Source: Utricularia gibba
Taxonomy: Eukaryota > Plantae > Magnoliophyta
Assembly (NCBI GenBank): GCA_002189035.1
Contig: NEEC01000004.1
Coordinates: forward strand, 186,001-250,000
Direction of reading: 5' to 3'
Length of the DNA stretch: 64,000 bases
A program made the position numbers and the translations under genes. Under the pieces are notes generated by a model. The model saw only the letters and a program-made list of their open reading frames with translations, made no database searches and was not told where the DNA came from. Each line of letters begins with the position of its first letter. The stretch's first letter is position 1. Positions 25,036 to 36,221 of this stretch are shown piece by piece.

Positions 25036-26228
25036 TATGTTTGTGAATAATAGTAATTACCCAAAAGCATCCCTCAGCAATGCACATTCGTTTTCCAAAA
25101 ACACAGGTGCTTCCATGCAGCCCCTGGCCCAGGAATGAAGACACAGCCGGACGCATGCATCATATGAAAGAACGGCATACCAATAACCTAGCCCACTGTA
25201 ATATACACGTATAATCAGCAATAATGTACTAGATGAATATACAAAATTCATAGAAAGAATCCTATAGAGAACTGAAATGCACAGTAACAACCTATTAGAT
25301 CATAAGATATTCAACTTGTAAAACAATCAAACTCGTGAGATTACCTTGCATGAAAAGTAGGGTATCGAGCAGGTACAGCACGATATGATGTAGCACCAGC
25401 CCTGTGAAGCAAGCAGATCACCATTTGTTTGAATAATGGAATCTTCTACTAGGAAGACCACGTCTTGGGTTGAAAGGATCATGGGACACAAAATATACCT
25501 GATAGTTTCGCCAGACTTGTTGGCTTCAGTAGGCTCTACTTTTTTGTGACAATGGGTGTCTTCCTCAACCTCAGATGCGAAACCTTTAGATCTGGCAGGA
25601 AGGTTAGAATCAGCCGTCCACTGAGGAGTTTCAGAAGCTTGATTGGCAAATCCACCACCTAGCGGAGGTGCACTTGGGCTATCTTCATGGACGTTTATCT
25701 GATTTCTGGAATTCAAAGAATCCTAGAAACAACAGTAGCATGTTAAAAATATAGGCATCATCAAGCGAATTTTCCAGTAAATGCGACTGAAAGATGATCT
25801 GAAAAACAGGAGTAATTGATTTGTTTATCAGAAAATAGAACCTTTACTGCATGCCCATTGGTCACTTCTGGGCGCCTCACTTGTGTTGAACTCATCTCTG
25901 AACTCGACACGGATTCTGAAGATTCCTCAATTGAATCACCTTTATATATGGATGAACCTCTTACAGAAAATTCCCGCCTTTCCATGTAATTTCCTCCATT
26001 TGTTTGCCTCGTGCTGCCATTGAGAATTTTATCATCATCATCAAGAGAGTATCGAGCACCGTGGGAATCACCCTCAGAACCAGAACAGGTATCCACATCT
26101 GATTCCGACAAATAGTCAGTTACCCTGCCCGGATTCATCCCTGCAGGAAGATAACCACTACGAAATCTGGATACAGAAGGCAATCCAGGACTGGCCGCCC
26201 TATATCTCGCAGCAACATTGCCCGACAT
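20871..26228 (-). CDS. Large multi-exon plant protein of unknown function (At4g24610/At5g65440-like)
   Basis: Recalled family motifs SRFRSGYLP, EDSPSAPP, ARYPTFHAS-GLGYWYAVLSYDACVRLCLHSWARGCMEAPVFLENECALLRDAFG and WLTAEFASYYGVSDAYTKLRYL; ends HKDKYYY-stop. Many canonical introns; not every junction was checked. Confidence 0.82.
25013..25038. repeat. Intronic (AT)13 microsatellite following a poly-A run
   Basis: Read directly from the sequence. Confidence 0.9.
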
Positions 26229-28529
26229 CTTCGTTCTCAACTACCTACAGTATTTCAAATTTTGAGTGGGAACAGAAAACAAAAAGTGGAATCTCAAAAG
26301 ATGTAACCTTTGCATAAAAAAATGCTCGCAGAAATCAATCATGAGCAACTTGGATTTGCGAAACTCGGATCGAATTATCAAAATACAGCCTCTTTTCATC
26401 AACGCTGCTCGCAGCAACGCATCAGAGAGACGGACATTACTATTCACGAAGTTCCAAACCTCAATACAAGAAAAATCCAACGCCCATTATTAAAAAAGAC
26501 TAATTTTGAGTAAGTGGGTATCCGTGATACAGCGCATCACAGATCCTTCTCACCGAAAATTCGAAACCCAGAAAAAAAAAAAAAAAAAAAACCACTACAT
26601 ACACACAGCACCCTACTCACACTTTTCCTTGAACTTCACCCAGTAGATTCCACAGCGTCCCTTTCAATGCCTTCTCAGCGACGCCTCCCAGTATTGCCTA
26701 CACTACTTGAAAACCTGAAAGTCGTGCAGAAACCGGAAGATGCACTTTTTCAATGAGCAAAAGAATAAAAGAAAAAAAGGCCAAAAAAAGAGACGTTGGG
26801 GAATTGAAAATGAGGGAGAGATGCGTGGGGGACGTGGACTCCTATCTTAGTGGTGGATGGATCGCTAGGTTTGAATCCATTGATTGACCTCAACTTTAAC
26901 GGTCGGTCGTTCACCAGCGCCCCGATTCCTCCTCTCCCCGAGCACATGTATTACAGATTTTAGATTTTGAATTCGAGCTTTTCATTTCTTTATTACTTTG
27001 GTAGTTTCTTGCAAATTGTTGAAACTTTAAGAATAAAAGGCAGGAGTCAAGTTTCGTTCAACTACCAAAATTCTGTAAGAATCCACATGTTAATGAAATC
27101 TACCAACTCCTTACCATTATTATCAGTTTGCGTAGGCTGAAAATATGCAAGAATATAGTAGCTAGTGCAGATTATGCGAATCCTTCACTGAACTATTTAA
27201 GTATAATTATGATTCTAATCTACCTAAATTCTTTTAAAAAACAATATTAAATTGGATAACTAACATTCTTTACCACACATATCTATTGCTGATTGGGCCT
27301 CCGTTTGGGCCTTCAAACCAGCATAAGACAGCAATTCCCACGGTAAATTGGGCCTCTTGATGCTTTTTGGTTGCAGCTTGGATTACCCAGGCCTAAACTA
27401 TTGGGCCCCTTGGATGGCCATTTTCGGCCCAATTATTTTGAATACCGCGTCATTATGTGAAAAAAAAAAATATTTTGCTTCTATTATTTATAAAATAAGA
27501 AGCGCGGATCAAAATCTGTATTTCAAGAATATGTTGAACCAATTTAATTCGTTTCGGTTTCGATTATCAGTTTATACACTTATTTGATTATCGGTTCAGT
27601 TAACCCTAATAGTCATCCCTACATTTGACTGTCTTTGCTTATTTCTATTAGATGAATAATTGCATACAAATTAATTTTAACAACATATTTATTTAAATCC
27701 AGTATTGGCGGCTTTAATCCATACAAGTTGTAAATAAAATAAGTATTTATAATTATTTTATTTCTTTAAATAAAAAAAAACTCTTTCTCTAAGTGACTAT
27801 CTAAGAAAAAGAAAAAATATAACTTAAATATTACAGAAAAGAAATCTTACACCCACTTACGAAAACATCTGAAAAAGGGATAAAATCGTTAATTACAAAA
27901 ATAAAACCATTCTATACAGTTCAGCAAGCAACGTTTGGAAATATGTAAAATTAATTCTATTTTTATAGAAGTGATTATTTTTTTAAAACTAAAAAATAAT
28001 TAAATTTTACAGTAATAATTTTTAAATATTCTGTTAGAGTAATTTTTTTACAAACATAGCTTCATAATTTAAATACACTCACCCTTACGTGTTGACGGAG
28101 AGTGGATTGCATCCTCAAAGCAAAAGATGCCCCTAATCTTGCGTGCATCCAAATGCACTCCACTCGACATTACTGCAAAGGTGGAATAAAGGGACCGACA
28201 CCCTTGTGAATGCAACCTTTGGTTACATTGCATGTCTTTCTGTTTCAATATTTCAAGAATTCAACAAAAGGAATGAATACAAAAAAGTGGTTTTCTCCTT
28301 GATCACAACGCATGTTTCTATACATGAATTTACTAACTATAATTATGAAAAAGATCTATATTATGCAAACCTATATTATGGTAATGTACCATATATAATA
28401 CCTACTATGTACTCTTAACATATATTATAGTATGTACCATATATACTAGATATCATATTTATGGTAATACATATCATAACCTATAAATACTTGGTAATCA
28501 TCCATTGCAAACACAACTCGAGGAGCGCC

Positions 28530-28778
28530 ATGGCGGGTACCTATGATTTCGAGATGAAGCGCATCGAATCTGAACTCAGACGGATCCAAGCAAAGAAGGC
28601 GGAGACCCAGTCCCGTATTGAGTTCTTGAGCCAGAACCCCCGTTCCGATCCATGTGGGCGGATAGCGGAATCGCTGATGACAGAATTGCAGAAACACGCC
28701 GCGGCTGAAAGGAAATTGCTTGCTGAAAAGGATGCGCGTATATGGAACTATGCCCAGTTTATGTCATCCACACCATGA
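28530..28778 (+). CDS. Orphan small helical protein, copy A (82 aa)
   Basis: ATG in gccATGG context, TATAAAT at 28482, intact ORF and a paralog at 29850. No family recognised. Confidence 0.65.
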   Translation: MAGTYDFEMKRIESELRRIQAKKAETQSRIEFLSQNPRSDPCGRIAESLMTELQKHAAAERKLLAEKDARIWNYAQFMSSTP

Positions 28779-29849
28779 CCGTAGTTACGCAGTAAGGGGG
28801 AAGAAGCTATCGATCGCCATTTTAGTAGTGTCATGCTTGTTGTGTTTCGTTATTATATTAGTAGGCATAAGTCATGGTTGTGAAGATGCAGAACCGCTAG
28901 GTTCGCTTTATCGAGTATAAGTAATGCATCTGTTTATCTATATACTAAATATTAAAGAAACAGCAGAATGAAAGAAAAAGTTCCAATAGTAGTTGCAGGA
29001 GAAAGCAATTCCCCCACCACAATAAGACACCAATTCCTATAGTACATTGGGCCTCTTGATGCTTTTGGGTTGCTACTTGGATTACCCAGGCCTAAAGTAT
29101 CGGGCCCCCTTGGATGGCCATTTTCGGCCCAATTATTACGAATACCGCGTCATTATGTTAAAAAATGTAATTTGTTTCTATTAATTTATAAAATAAGAAG
29201 TGCGGATCGAAATCAGTATTTTAGGAATACGTCGAACCAATTTATTTCGTTTCCGTTTCGATTATCAGTTTATCGGAAATATGAAATGATAAATTATTTG
29301 CAATAGTTTATTTTTGATAAATGATTTTAAAATTTAATTTACATTTTTTATAAATAATTACAATTAATATCATTTTAGATTATTGAAATAAAGTAATTTT
29401 TAATATAAATTTATTTAAATTAAAATAACACGAAATATAATTTATAAATTTTTATAATATAATTATTTATAGAATATGATATTTTTAATTTATAGATTTA
29501 CAAAATATAATTATTAATAACTATGTCATTTAATTCTAAAAGTTAATTTCTATTTTTTAAATCTACAAAATAAATAATTTTACAATAATAACTTTTAAAT
29601 ATTCTGTTAGAATAATTTCTTACAAACATGCCTCTTACGTGCATGATAACCCTAATCTTGCGAAACTACATGTGCATGATTCCAAATGCATTCCACTCAA
29701 CATTATTACAAATTCTGGAATAAAGCGGGCGACACCGTTGTGAATGCAACTTTCATTACAATGCATGCTTTTCTGTTTCAGTGTTCCAGCAGGCAGCAGC
29801 TATAAATACATGGTAATCTTCCATTGTAGCACACAACTCAAGGAGCACC

Positions 29850-30086
29850 ATGGCGGGTACCCATGATTTCGAGATGAACCGCATCGAATCTGAACTCTTA
29901 CGGATCCAAGCAAAAAAGACAGAGGCCCAGACCCGTCTTGAGTACTTGAGCCGGAACCCCGGTTCCGATTCATCTGGGTGGATAGCGCAGTCGCTGATGA
30001 AAAGATTGCAGAAATACGACAAGGCTGAAAGGAAATTGCTTGGTGAAAAGAATGCGCGTCTATGGAGCTATGCCCCCTCACCATGA
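29850..30086 (+). CDS. Orphan small helical protein, copy B (78 aa)
   Basis: ATG in accATGG context, TATAAAT at 29801, intact ORF. Differs from copy A by substitutions and one 12-nt in-frame indel near the stop. Confidence 0.65.
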   Translation: MAGTHDFEMNRIESELLRIQAKKTEAQTRLEYLSRNPGSDSSGWIAQSLMKRLQKYDKAERKLLGEKNARLWSYAPSP

Positions 30087-30542
30087 CCGCAGTTATGCCT
30101 CCTCGCAGTAAGGGGAAGAAGCTATCGATCACCGTTTTAGTTGTGTCATGTTTGTTGGGTATCGTCATTATATTGATAGGGAAGTGTGTGTCATGCTTGT
30201 GAAGATGAAGAACCAGGTTCGGTTTATTGAGTATAAGTAATGTATCTCTTTATTTATAGAGTACTAAATATTAAATAAGCAGCAGAATGAAATAACAATT
30301 TTCTCTCATCATCAACTCAAATTTTGCGGCCCCTATTATTAGAATAATTAATTCTACGTACATAAATGAAAATGAAATAATTACTAGGAATTCATTGTAT
30401 CTAATCTTTTTTAATATAATTTATATTTATTATACACTTAAAATTTATGTATTCTTCATTCGATATTTAATTTCGATACTTATAGTAATTGCAGAAGAAA
30501 GCCTACAAAAAAACGCATAAAAATGCTATTTTATGAATTCCA

Positions 30543-30575
<33 letters not shown>
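30543..30575. repeat. Compound (TC)7(TA)9 microsatellite just upstream of the dirigent ORF
   Basis: Read directly from the sequence. Confidence 0.9.
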
Positions 30576-30612
30576 GGTGATATCGCTCTCTTTGGCTCAA
30601 TCAATGCTCATC

Positions 30613-31235
30613 ATGGCGAGTGTCTCATACTCCATACTTCTCCTCCAGCTGCTACTCTTCTCCACGGCTGCTTCGGATCCACAACTTGATGCCAAAATCA
30701 AGGAAATGGATCAATATTTTCAAGGACTCATCACCACCAACCCACACTTGTTCCTCACAAAGTTCCAAGTTTACCTCCAAGCCTACTTCTCATCCTCCGT
30801 CTCCCACAATCAAACCATCTACGCAGTCGCCGAGTCCGAGCTCACCTCCACTTCCCCCACCAGCTTCGGCCGCGTCATCGTCCTCGACAACCCCGCAGCG
30901 GCTTCCCCGGAAATTGACTCTCCGGCGAACCTGGACGGTACCAAGGGGTGAATGCCTACTCCGATCTCGGTGAAATTGCGCTTGACATGAATATGAATAT
31001 GGTGTTCAGCGCAGGCAAGTACAACGGGAGCACCATCACCATCATCGGGAGACAGCCTGCAAACCAACCTGTTAGGGTTTTATCTGTGGTGGGTGGCACG
31101 GGGGCGTTTCGTTTCGGGCGAGGGATCGCGCTGGCGAGCACTTATTCTGCGGACCCGGTTACCAAGTCCGGCACTTATTTATATGTTGTGTACGTGGTTA
31201 CCCCTGCCGGCGCCGCCGTCTCGCCGCTGCAGTAG
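30613..31235 (+). CDS. Dirigent-like protein, interrupted by a one-base frameshift at ~30931-30934
   Basis: Signal peptide and SPTSFGRVIVLDNP in one frame; GRYQG...MNMNMVFSAGKYNGSTITIIGR...VVGGTGAFRFGRG in the next frame. No intron signals at the break. Confidence 0.85.
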
Positions 31236-31779
31236 ATGATGTTCCTCAAATGATGTTTGTTTCATTTTCCGACACTTCAAATCCTTAATAAAAGCGAAAG
31301 CTTTCTTGTTTCCGCATCATGATACTTGTATAATCTCTATAATCTCTATGCTCACAATTTCCAGGTTATCTATTATATTAGTGGTCAATGTATTAAAAAA
31401 ATATCAATAATCTTAAAAAAAAGTGTCTTTTGTAAAGTGACACCCCGAGGTTCACGAGCAGCCATTAGGGGTCGACATTTTAAGACAAAAGCAAGCCACG
31501 TGTGTCAAGGATGTGTGCATGTACAACTCGAGCGCATGCAAGAATCTGGAAATACAAATTGTCGGGTAGGTTTGTTTTGTGTTTTCCAAAATTAGAGGTG
31601 TAATAAACTAAAATAAAATTAATGTGCTTCGATGATGTCATTTTTATATCAATGGTGATCATTTCTTTGTGGGTTAGTTGAGTCACGTGGGTTTCAATTT
31701 GGGCATTTTATTACACATTCATAGAATTAATAACGAGGACTCCCCAAACTAGTGACACCATGGGAACAAACGAGGACAT

Positions 31780-32216
31780 TTAAGGAGAAGCATGGGAGCC
31801 CGGAAACTGCTGCTCCGCCCTTTCCTTGATCTCCCGGGCCTTTCCCGCCAGCCTCTCTTGGGCAGTATCCAGCTGCACCGACCCCGGGGGTGTTTTCCTG
31901 TGACGTATCGATAAATCCACGACAGAACACTGAGAGACGCCACCCCGAACCCGCCGGAAGCCAGAAACCCGGAGCAAATGAGGAAAATGGCTATCACCGC
32001 CGGCACGATAACGGGACTGAAGATCACCAATAGCGGGGTGGCGATGGTGAGCGCCACCACGGTTCCGGCCAAAGTCAGGCTCGAGAGGATCAAAAGTGAG
32101 CCAGCAGCAGTTAACCCCGTCGCCGCTTTCACTAGAAGGTGGCTCCGAGGCTGTGGCTGTGGCTGCTGGGCCGCCGTCGCCGACACCAGCCTTCCGGTGG
32201 GATACTGCTCGGTCAT
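31780..32216 (-). CDS. OLE: Oleosin, with a one-base frameshift at 31886-31890
   Basis: Long hydrophobic hairpin with the proline knot [12 protein letters not shown]. The canonical C-terminus ([28 protein letters not shown]) lies in the adjacent frame. Confidence 0.92.
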
Positions 32217-35200
32217 GTTTTCCGTGGATTAGAGAAAGGTGTAAAATGAGAAAATTTAAAGGCATGTGGAGAGGTGTTACGTGTTGATGGGTGATCATGC
32301 ATTGGTGAATTCACCGGTGGGGGTTTTCGTTCTTAGACACGTAGTTTATTTTCTAATTTTCCTGTAATAAATTTTCACCAAAATGTTTAATCATGACTTA
32401 ATTTGCACCCCCTTCGCAATATGGGCCCAAGATGCCAACGTCAGCCCATATTTTCAGGCCTGGAATTCCAGGTCTAGCCCACTTTTGCCGTGCTCCATCA
32501 GTAGCCACTAGCCATTGACTTGGCCTTCCCGAGGTTAGTATACCACTCCTACTTTTCAACTTGTTCTTACATTCTTTTAATATTTTTTTTCAAGACATGA
32601 ATCATTTTGAGCTGACGAGCTTTAGAGCCGCATAATGTTAATCATCATAGCATTTTTTTTTTCCAAGTTCTCATCGTGGATATAATATCAGTTTTGATCA
32701 CATAGCAGCGTTTTCTACTTTTAAAAGTATCCATTCTTACAGAATTTTTCTTGATAGAGATGCAAACCGTACTTCCATGTCATATTGCATTTGAGTGCAG
32801 CCCATGGCGTCACCTCTTGATCACTCAAGTGAGACCCTTGAGTCGGAGGAATGTTGGAAGATTGCTGTAGCAGTCAGCGTTGAATGTATTCCAATTGCTG
32901 CACGATTATCAGAAACAATCATCAGGAATACTCATGTAGGCTTCTGCATCTCACATATCTCTTGTACACTGTTGTCCAAATGGTTAGGATATGACACCCC
33001 TTTTCACAAATCCTTATCCAGCAGAGCCGGGTTTTGTTTGATCTCCAGCTTTTATGGTAATGCATGACCCCCCGGACTCGATGACAGGCTTGCATTCACA
33101 ACGCTTCCTCATTTGTTGAACTTTCTGCTGCTTCTTTAGATTCCTAATCTCTGGGAGCCGCACCAGATACTAACAAAAAAACATGAATCAACATGGTGCC
33201 TCGATTACCTCCTCAATACGATAGTTGCAGGATTATCCAGTGCCACTCCGTCGGTTGAAATGTATGTAAGAACAGTCACCAACATCATAAATGCTGGAAT
33301 ACAGCGCACGTGAAAGCGCCCGGGTGGGTCTAAGTCAAGATTATGTTTTGGATTCCCGTTGATGAATCCCCGGTAGACATTTCTACGACAAATCTGAACA
33401 CACCCTTTATTAATTTTGTAAACAAAATCGTAATCTGAACACTTGACCAGTACTGCATCCCGAATTGCACGGTTGACGAAAGGTCAAGGTTACACCTTGC
33501 TCGGTTGAAGACAGGAGTTGAATACTGTTTTGTTTTTCATGCTCCACTTGACGTGCCAAAAATCGATAGCCCCTCCCTGTTTCGGGCTCACCCACTCGAT
33601 AGCAACAGTGATCCCCTCCAGGATCAAACACTGAAATAATATTAATTATTATTATTAATTATTTGCCAAAAAGAAACATTATTCTCTCGTATTTCTTTCC
33701 GCCGAAATATTTGATCTTGAAAAGTATAAAGATTTTTTAAGAACGTAAACAAAAGACTTGATCCGGTAAACGTAACTTAACAAAAGAATCGAATTTTTTA
33801 ATTCTACTTTTAATTTCAATACTCTTTTTTAAAATTTAAAATGATTTCATATTAGAGCCGAATCGAACGCTGCCCACTTCTAACTAAAATGATGATCATT
33901 TGTATGATGTCTGTAAATTATTAGAACAAATAATTTCATATCAGATTTTAAAAATAAAATAATCAAATATATAGTAAATTTTATATCACTAGTAATTGAT
34001 TATGTTTAACGTTTTCAACATAAAGTATGTTTGATAACGAAGAAAATTTGAACATGAAGATGGAGAAGAAGACATGGAGGGATTTAGGGTTAGAGAGATG
34101 ACGTACCAAAACGAGAGAGCTGCTCTATAGACGTTTACTCAACTTGAACACGATGATAATATTGCATTGATTAGGGGCCGGGTAAGGCCCCCATGGCCAC
34201 AGTCAGTCTGGAGAGTAAGAATCCCCAAGGACAAGAATTCCTATGGCATATCCTCCCACGTCACTGCTACAGAAGTCCACGTGGTCAAGTGTGGTTCGCA
34301 TGTAATTGTTAGAATGTAACTCCAAGACTTGTATTACAACAACGGATGACGGCGACTCGTGACGCCGAATAGTCCAGTCGTACGGTCACCGGCGTCCTCT
34401 TACAGCTGCCACGATAGCACCCCATGCCAACGAGCCCCTCCCTCCTTGCAAAACTACAAGAAAAAACATGAAGCACCTGGTTCGAATCCAAACCATGAAA
34501 CTCCGAATCCGGAGCTGTTGGTTTCCAAAGCGGCAGCAACTTGTACTGTCAATATGAAGATATTGATTTTATTTGTCTTATAATCATCGTATTCGATGGT
34601 TTTTCAATAAATTTTATGGCAAACGTTGTCCTCCTACTCCCCACACCTGTACAATTCAGACACAGGTGGCGGGGAGAGAATCAGACCTGGGATTGGGGCA
34701 CATGGTTCTGTAATATTGCACGTTGATGAGGAAGCAGCCACCCTGTAAAAACTTCCACTTGCATCAGGAATCATGGAATATGTGCATCAAACTGATACCC
34801 TGCGTGCGCTCTAATTGATCTATGGATCCATTGATGCGTTTCATTCATCATGCTCATCAACACAAATATAATAATTAATTCCTTAATCCGTATATAATAT
34901 GATTTCAAAAAAACTTTTTTAAATATTTTCAATTTTAATATTGGTATTAGTGGGCCAAAAACTTAGATATGTTAAAAAATGGGCGTTTTAATTAAAAAAA
35001 AACTTTGTGGATGGCTGAAACCGTTTTTGAAGCACACTGAATGTAAATGAGTTGGGCTTTTGGATATGCATGACATAGGGACAAAAGGAGTTAAAAGGGA
35101 ATTCACACTATTAAATTGTTTTCGTAGTGTGGGCCCCACATGACCCCACATATTAATTTGTGAAATAAAAAAAGGAGAGGATAATTATCAATCATTATTC

Positions 35201-35403
35201 TAAGGCACGCACCACGGTACCAGTCAATCTTCACGTTGCTTCTGGCCTCTTTCCCTTCCATGGAACCATCTCAGGAAGCATCCTGATGTCCAATACTTTA
35301 TATATCGCAGCACCTTCACTTCCATTTTCCACTCCACCAAGAACCCCAAGTTTCGATCTTTTTCTTATCTTTGTTTACCTGAAGGAGCAGAAGAAGGATA
35401 GCA

Positions 35404-36221
35404 ATGGAGTCCCCTGATGAGACTTCGTCTGTATTGGAGAGAATTCGCCAGCATCTTCTTGATGATTCTGCTTTCATGGAGACGTACTCTTCCTTTTCAA
35501 TCGACTCCCAATTCTCAAGAAGCAGTAGCGATGCGAGTTCGGTTGTTTCGGATTTCACTTTCACTTCTTCCCCCGTGTCGGCCGATATGGGGGTTTCCCC
35601 TTTTCTGATGGATTTCGCCGCTCCGGAGGCGCAGTTCCTCGATTGTGAAACCAAACCCGTGGTTGGGAAGCAGAACAAGAAGCGTAAGCCTGAAATCAGC
35701 GTGACGATTCCGTCGGCGGAGCCGGAGAGGAAGGTGGATTGGGTTTTCAGTTCAGAGACCGCGGCAGTGGAGGATCGTCGACATTACAGGGGGTGAGGCA
35801 GCGACCGTGGGGGAAATTCGCGGCGGAGATACGGAACCCTAATAAAAAGGGTAGCCGTATCTGGCTGGGGACATACGATACCCCCGCAGAGGCGGCGCGT
35901 GCGTATGACCGGGCGGCGTTCGGGTTGAGGGGTAGCAAAGCGATACTCAATTTCCCTCTCGAAATCGGAAATTCCATGGCGGCAGCGGTGGATGATAGGA
36001 ATCTGAAGAGGAAAGTCGAAAGCATCGAAACCACTAAAGTGGCTGCCGAAGTGAAGACAGAGGTAGCGCAAGCCGAGTGCAGTGGCACCATGCCGATGCC
36101 TCTTACACCCTCAAATTGGACGGCGGTTTGGGATTGTGGCAACGGAATATTCGAGATCCCGCCGCTATCGCCGTTATCCCCTCATCCTAGCTTCGGGTTC
36201 CCCGGGGTGATAGTCGTCTGA
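35404..36221 (+). CDS. AP2/ERF transcription factor, ERF5/6-like (group IX), with a one-base frameshift at 35789-35793
   Basis: HYRG | [14 protein letters not shown]...[21 protein letters not shown]...AILNFP is split across two frames. C-terminal [10 protein letters not shown] motif. Confidence 0.92.

Larger units (their letters stand above)
27323..30292 (+). repeat. Tandem segmental duplication: copy A ~27323-28972, copy B ~29022-30292
   Basis: Collinear shared blocks: ataagacaNcaattcc...ttgggcctcttgatgcttt...cgattatcagtttat; aaatattctgttag...ttacgtg...tgtgaatgcaac...ctgtttca; TATA plus ORF plus 3' flank to cagcagaatgaaa. Divergent AT-rich spacers lie between the blocks. Confidence 0.95.

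Noticed and set aside
20871-26228. Bacterial Cry toxin-like label that databases attach to this plant family (from recall)
   Set aside because: No Cry toxin features are visible. The gene has ordinary plant introns and composition, so there is no evidence of horizontal transfer.
34479-34489. GGTTCGAATCC, a perfect tRNA B-box / T-loop motif
   Set aside because: No A-box, T-stem pairing is incomplete and no cloverleaf can be formed upstream. At most a chance match or SINE remnant.
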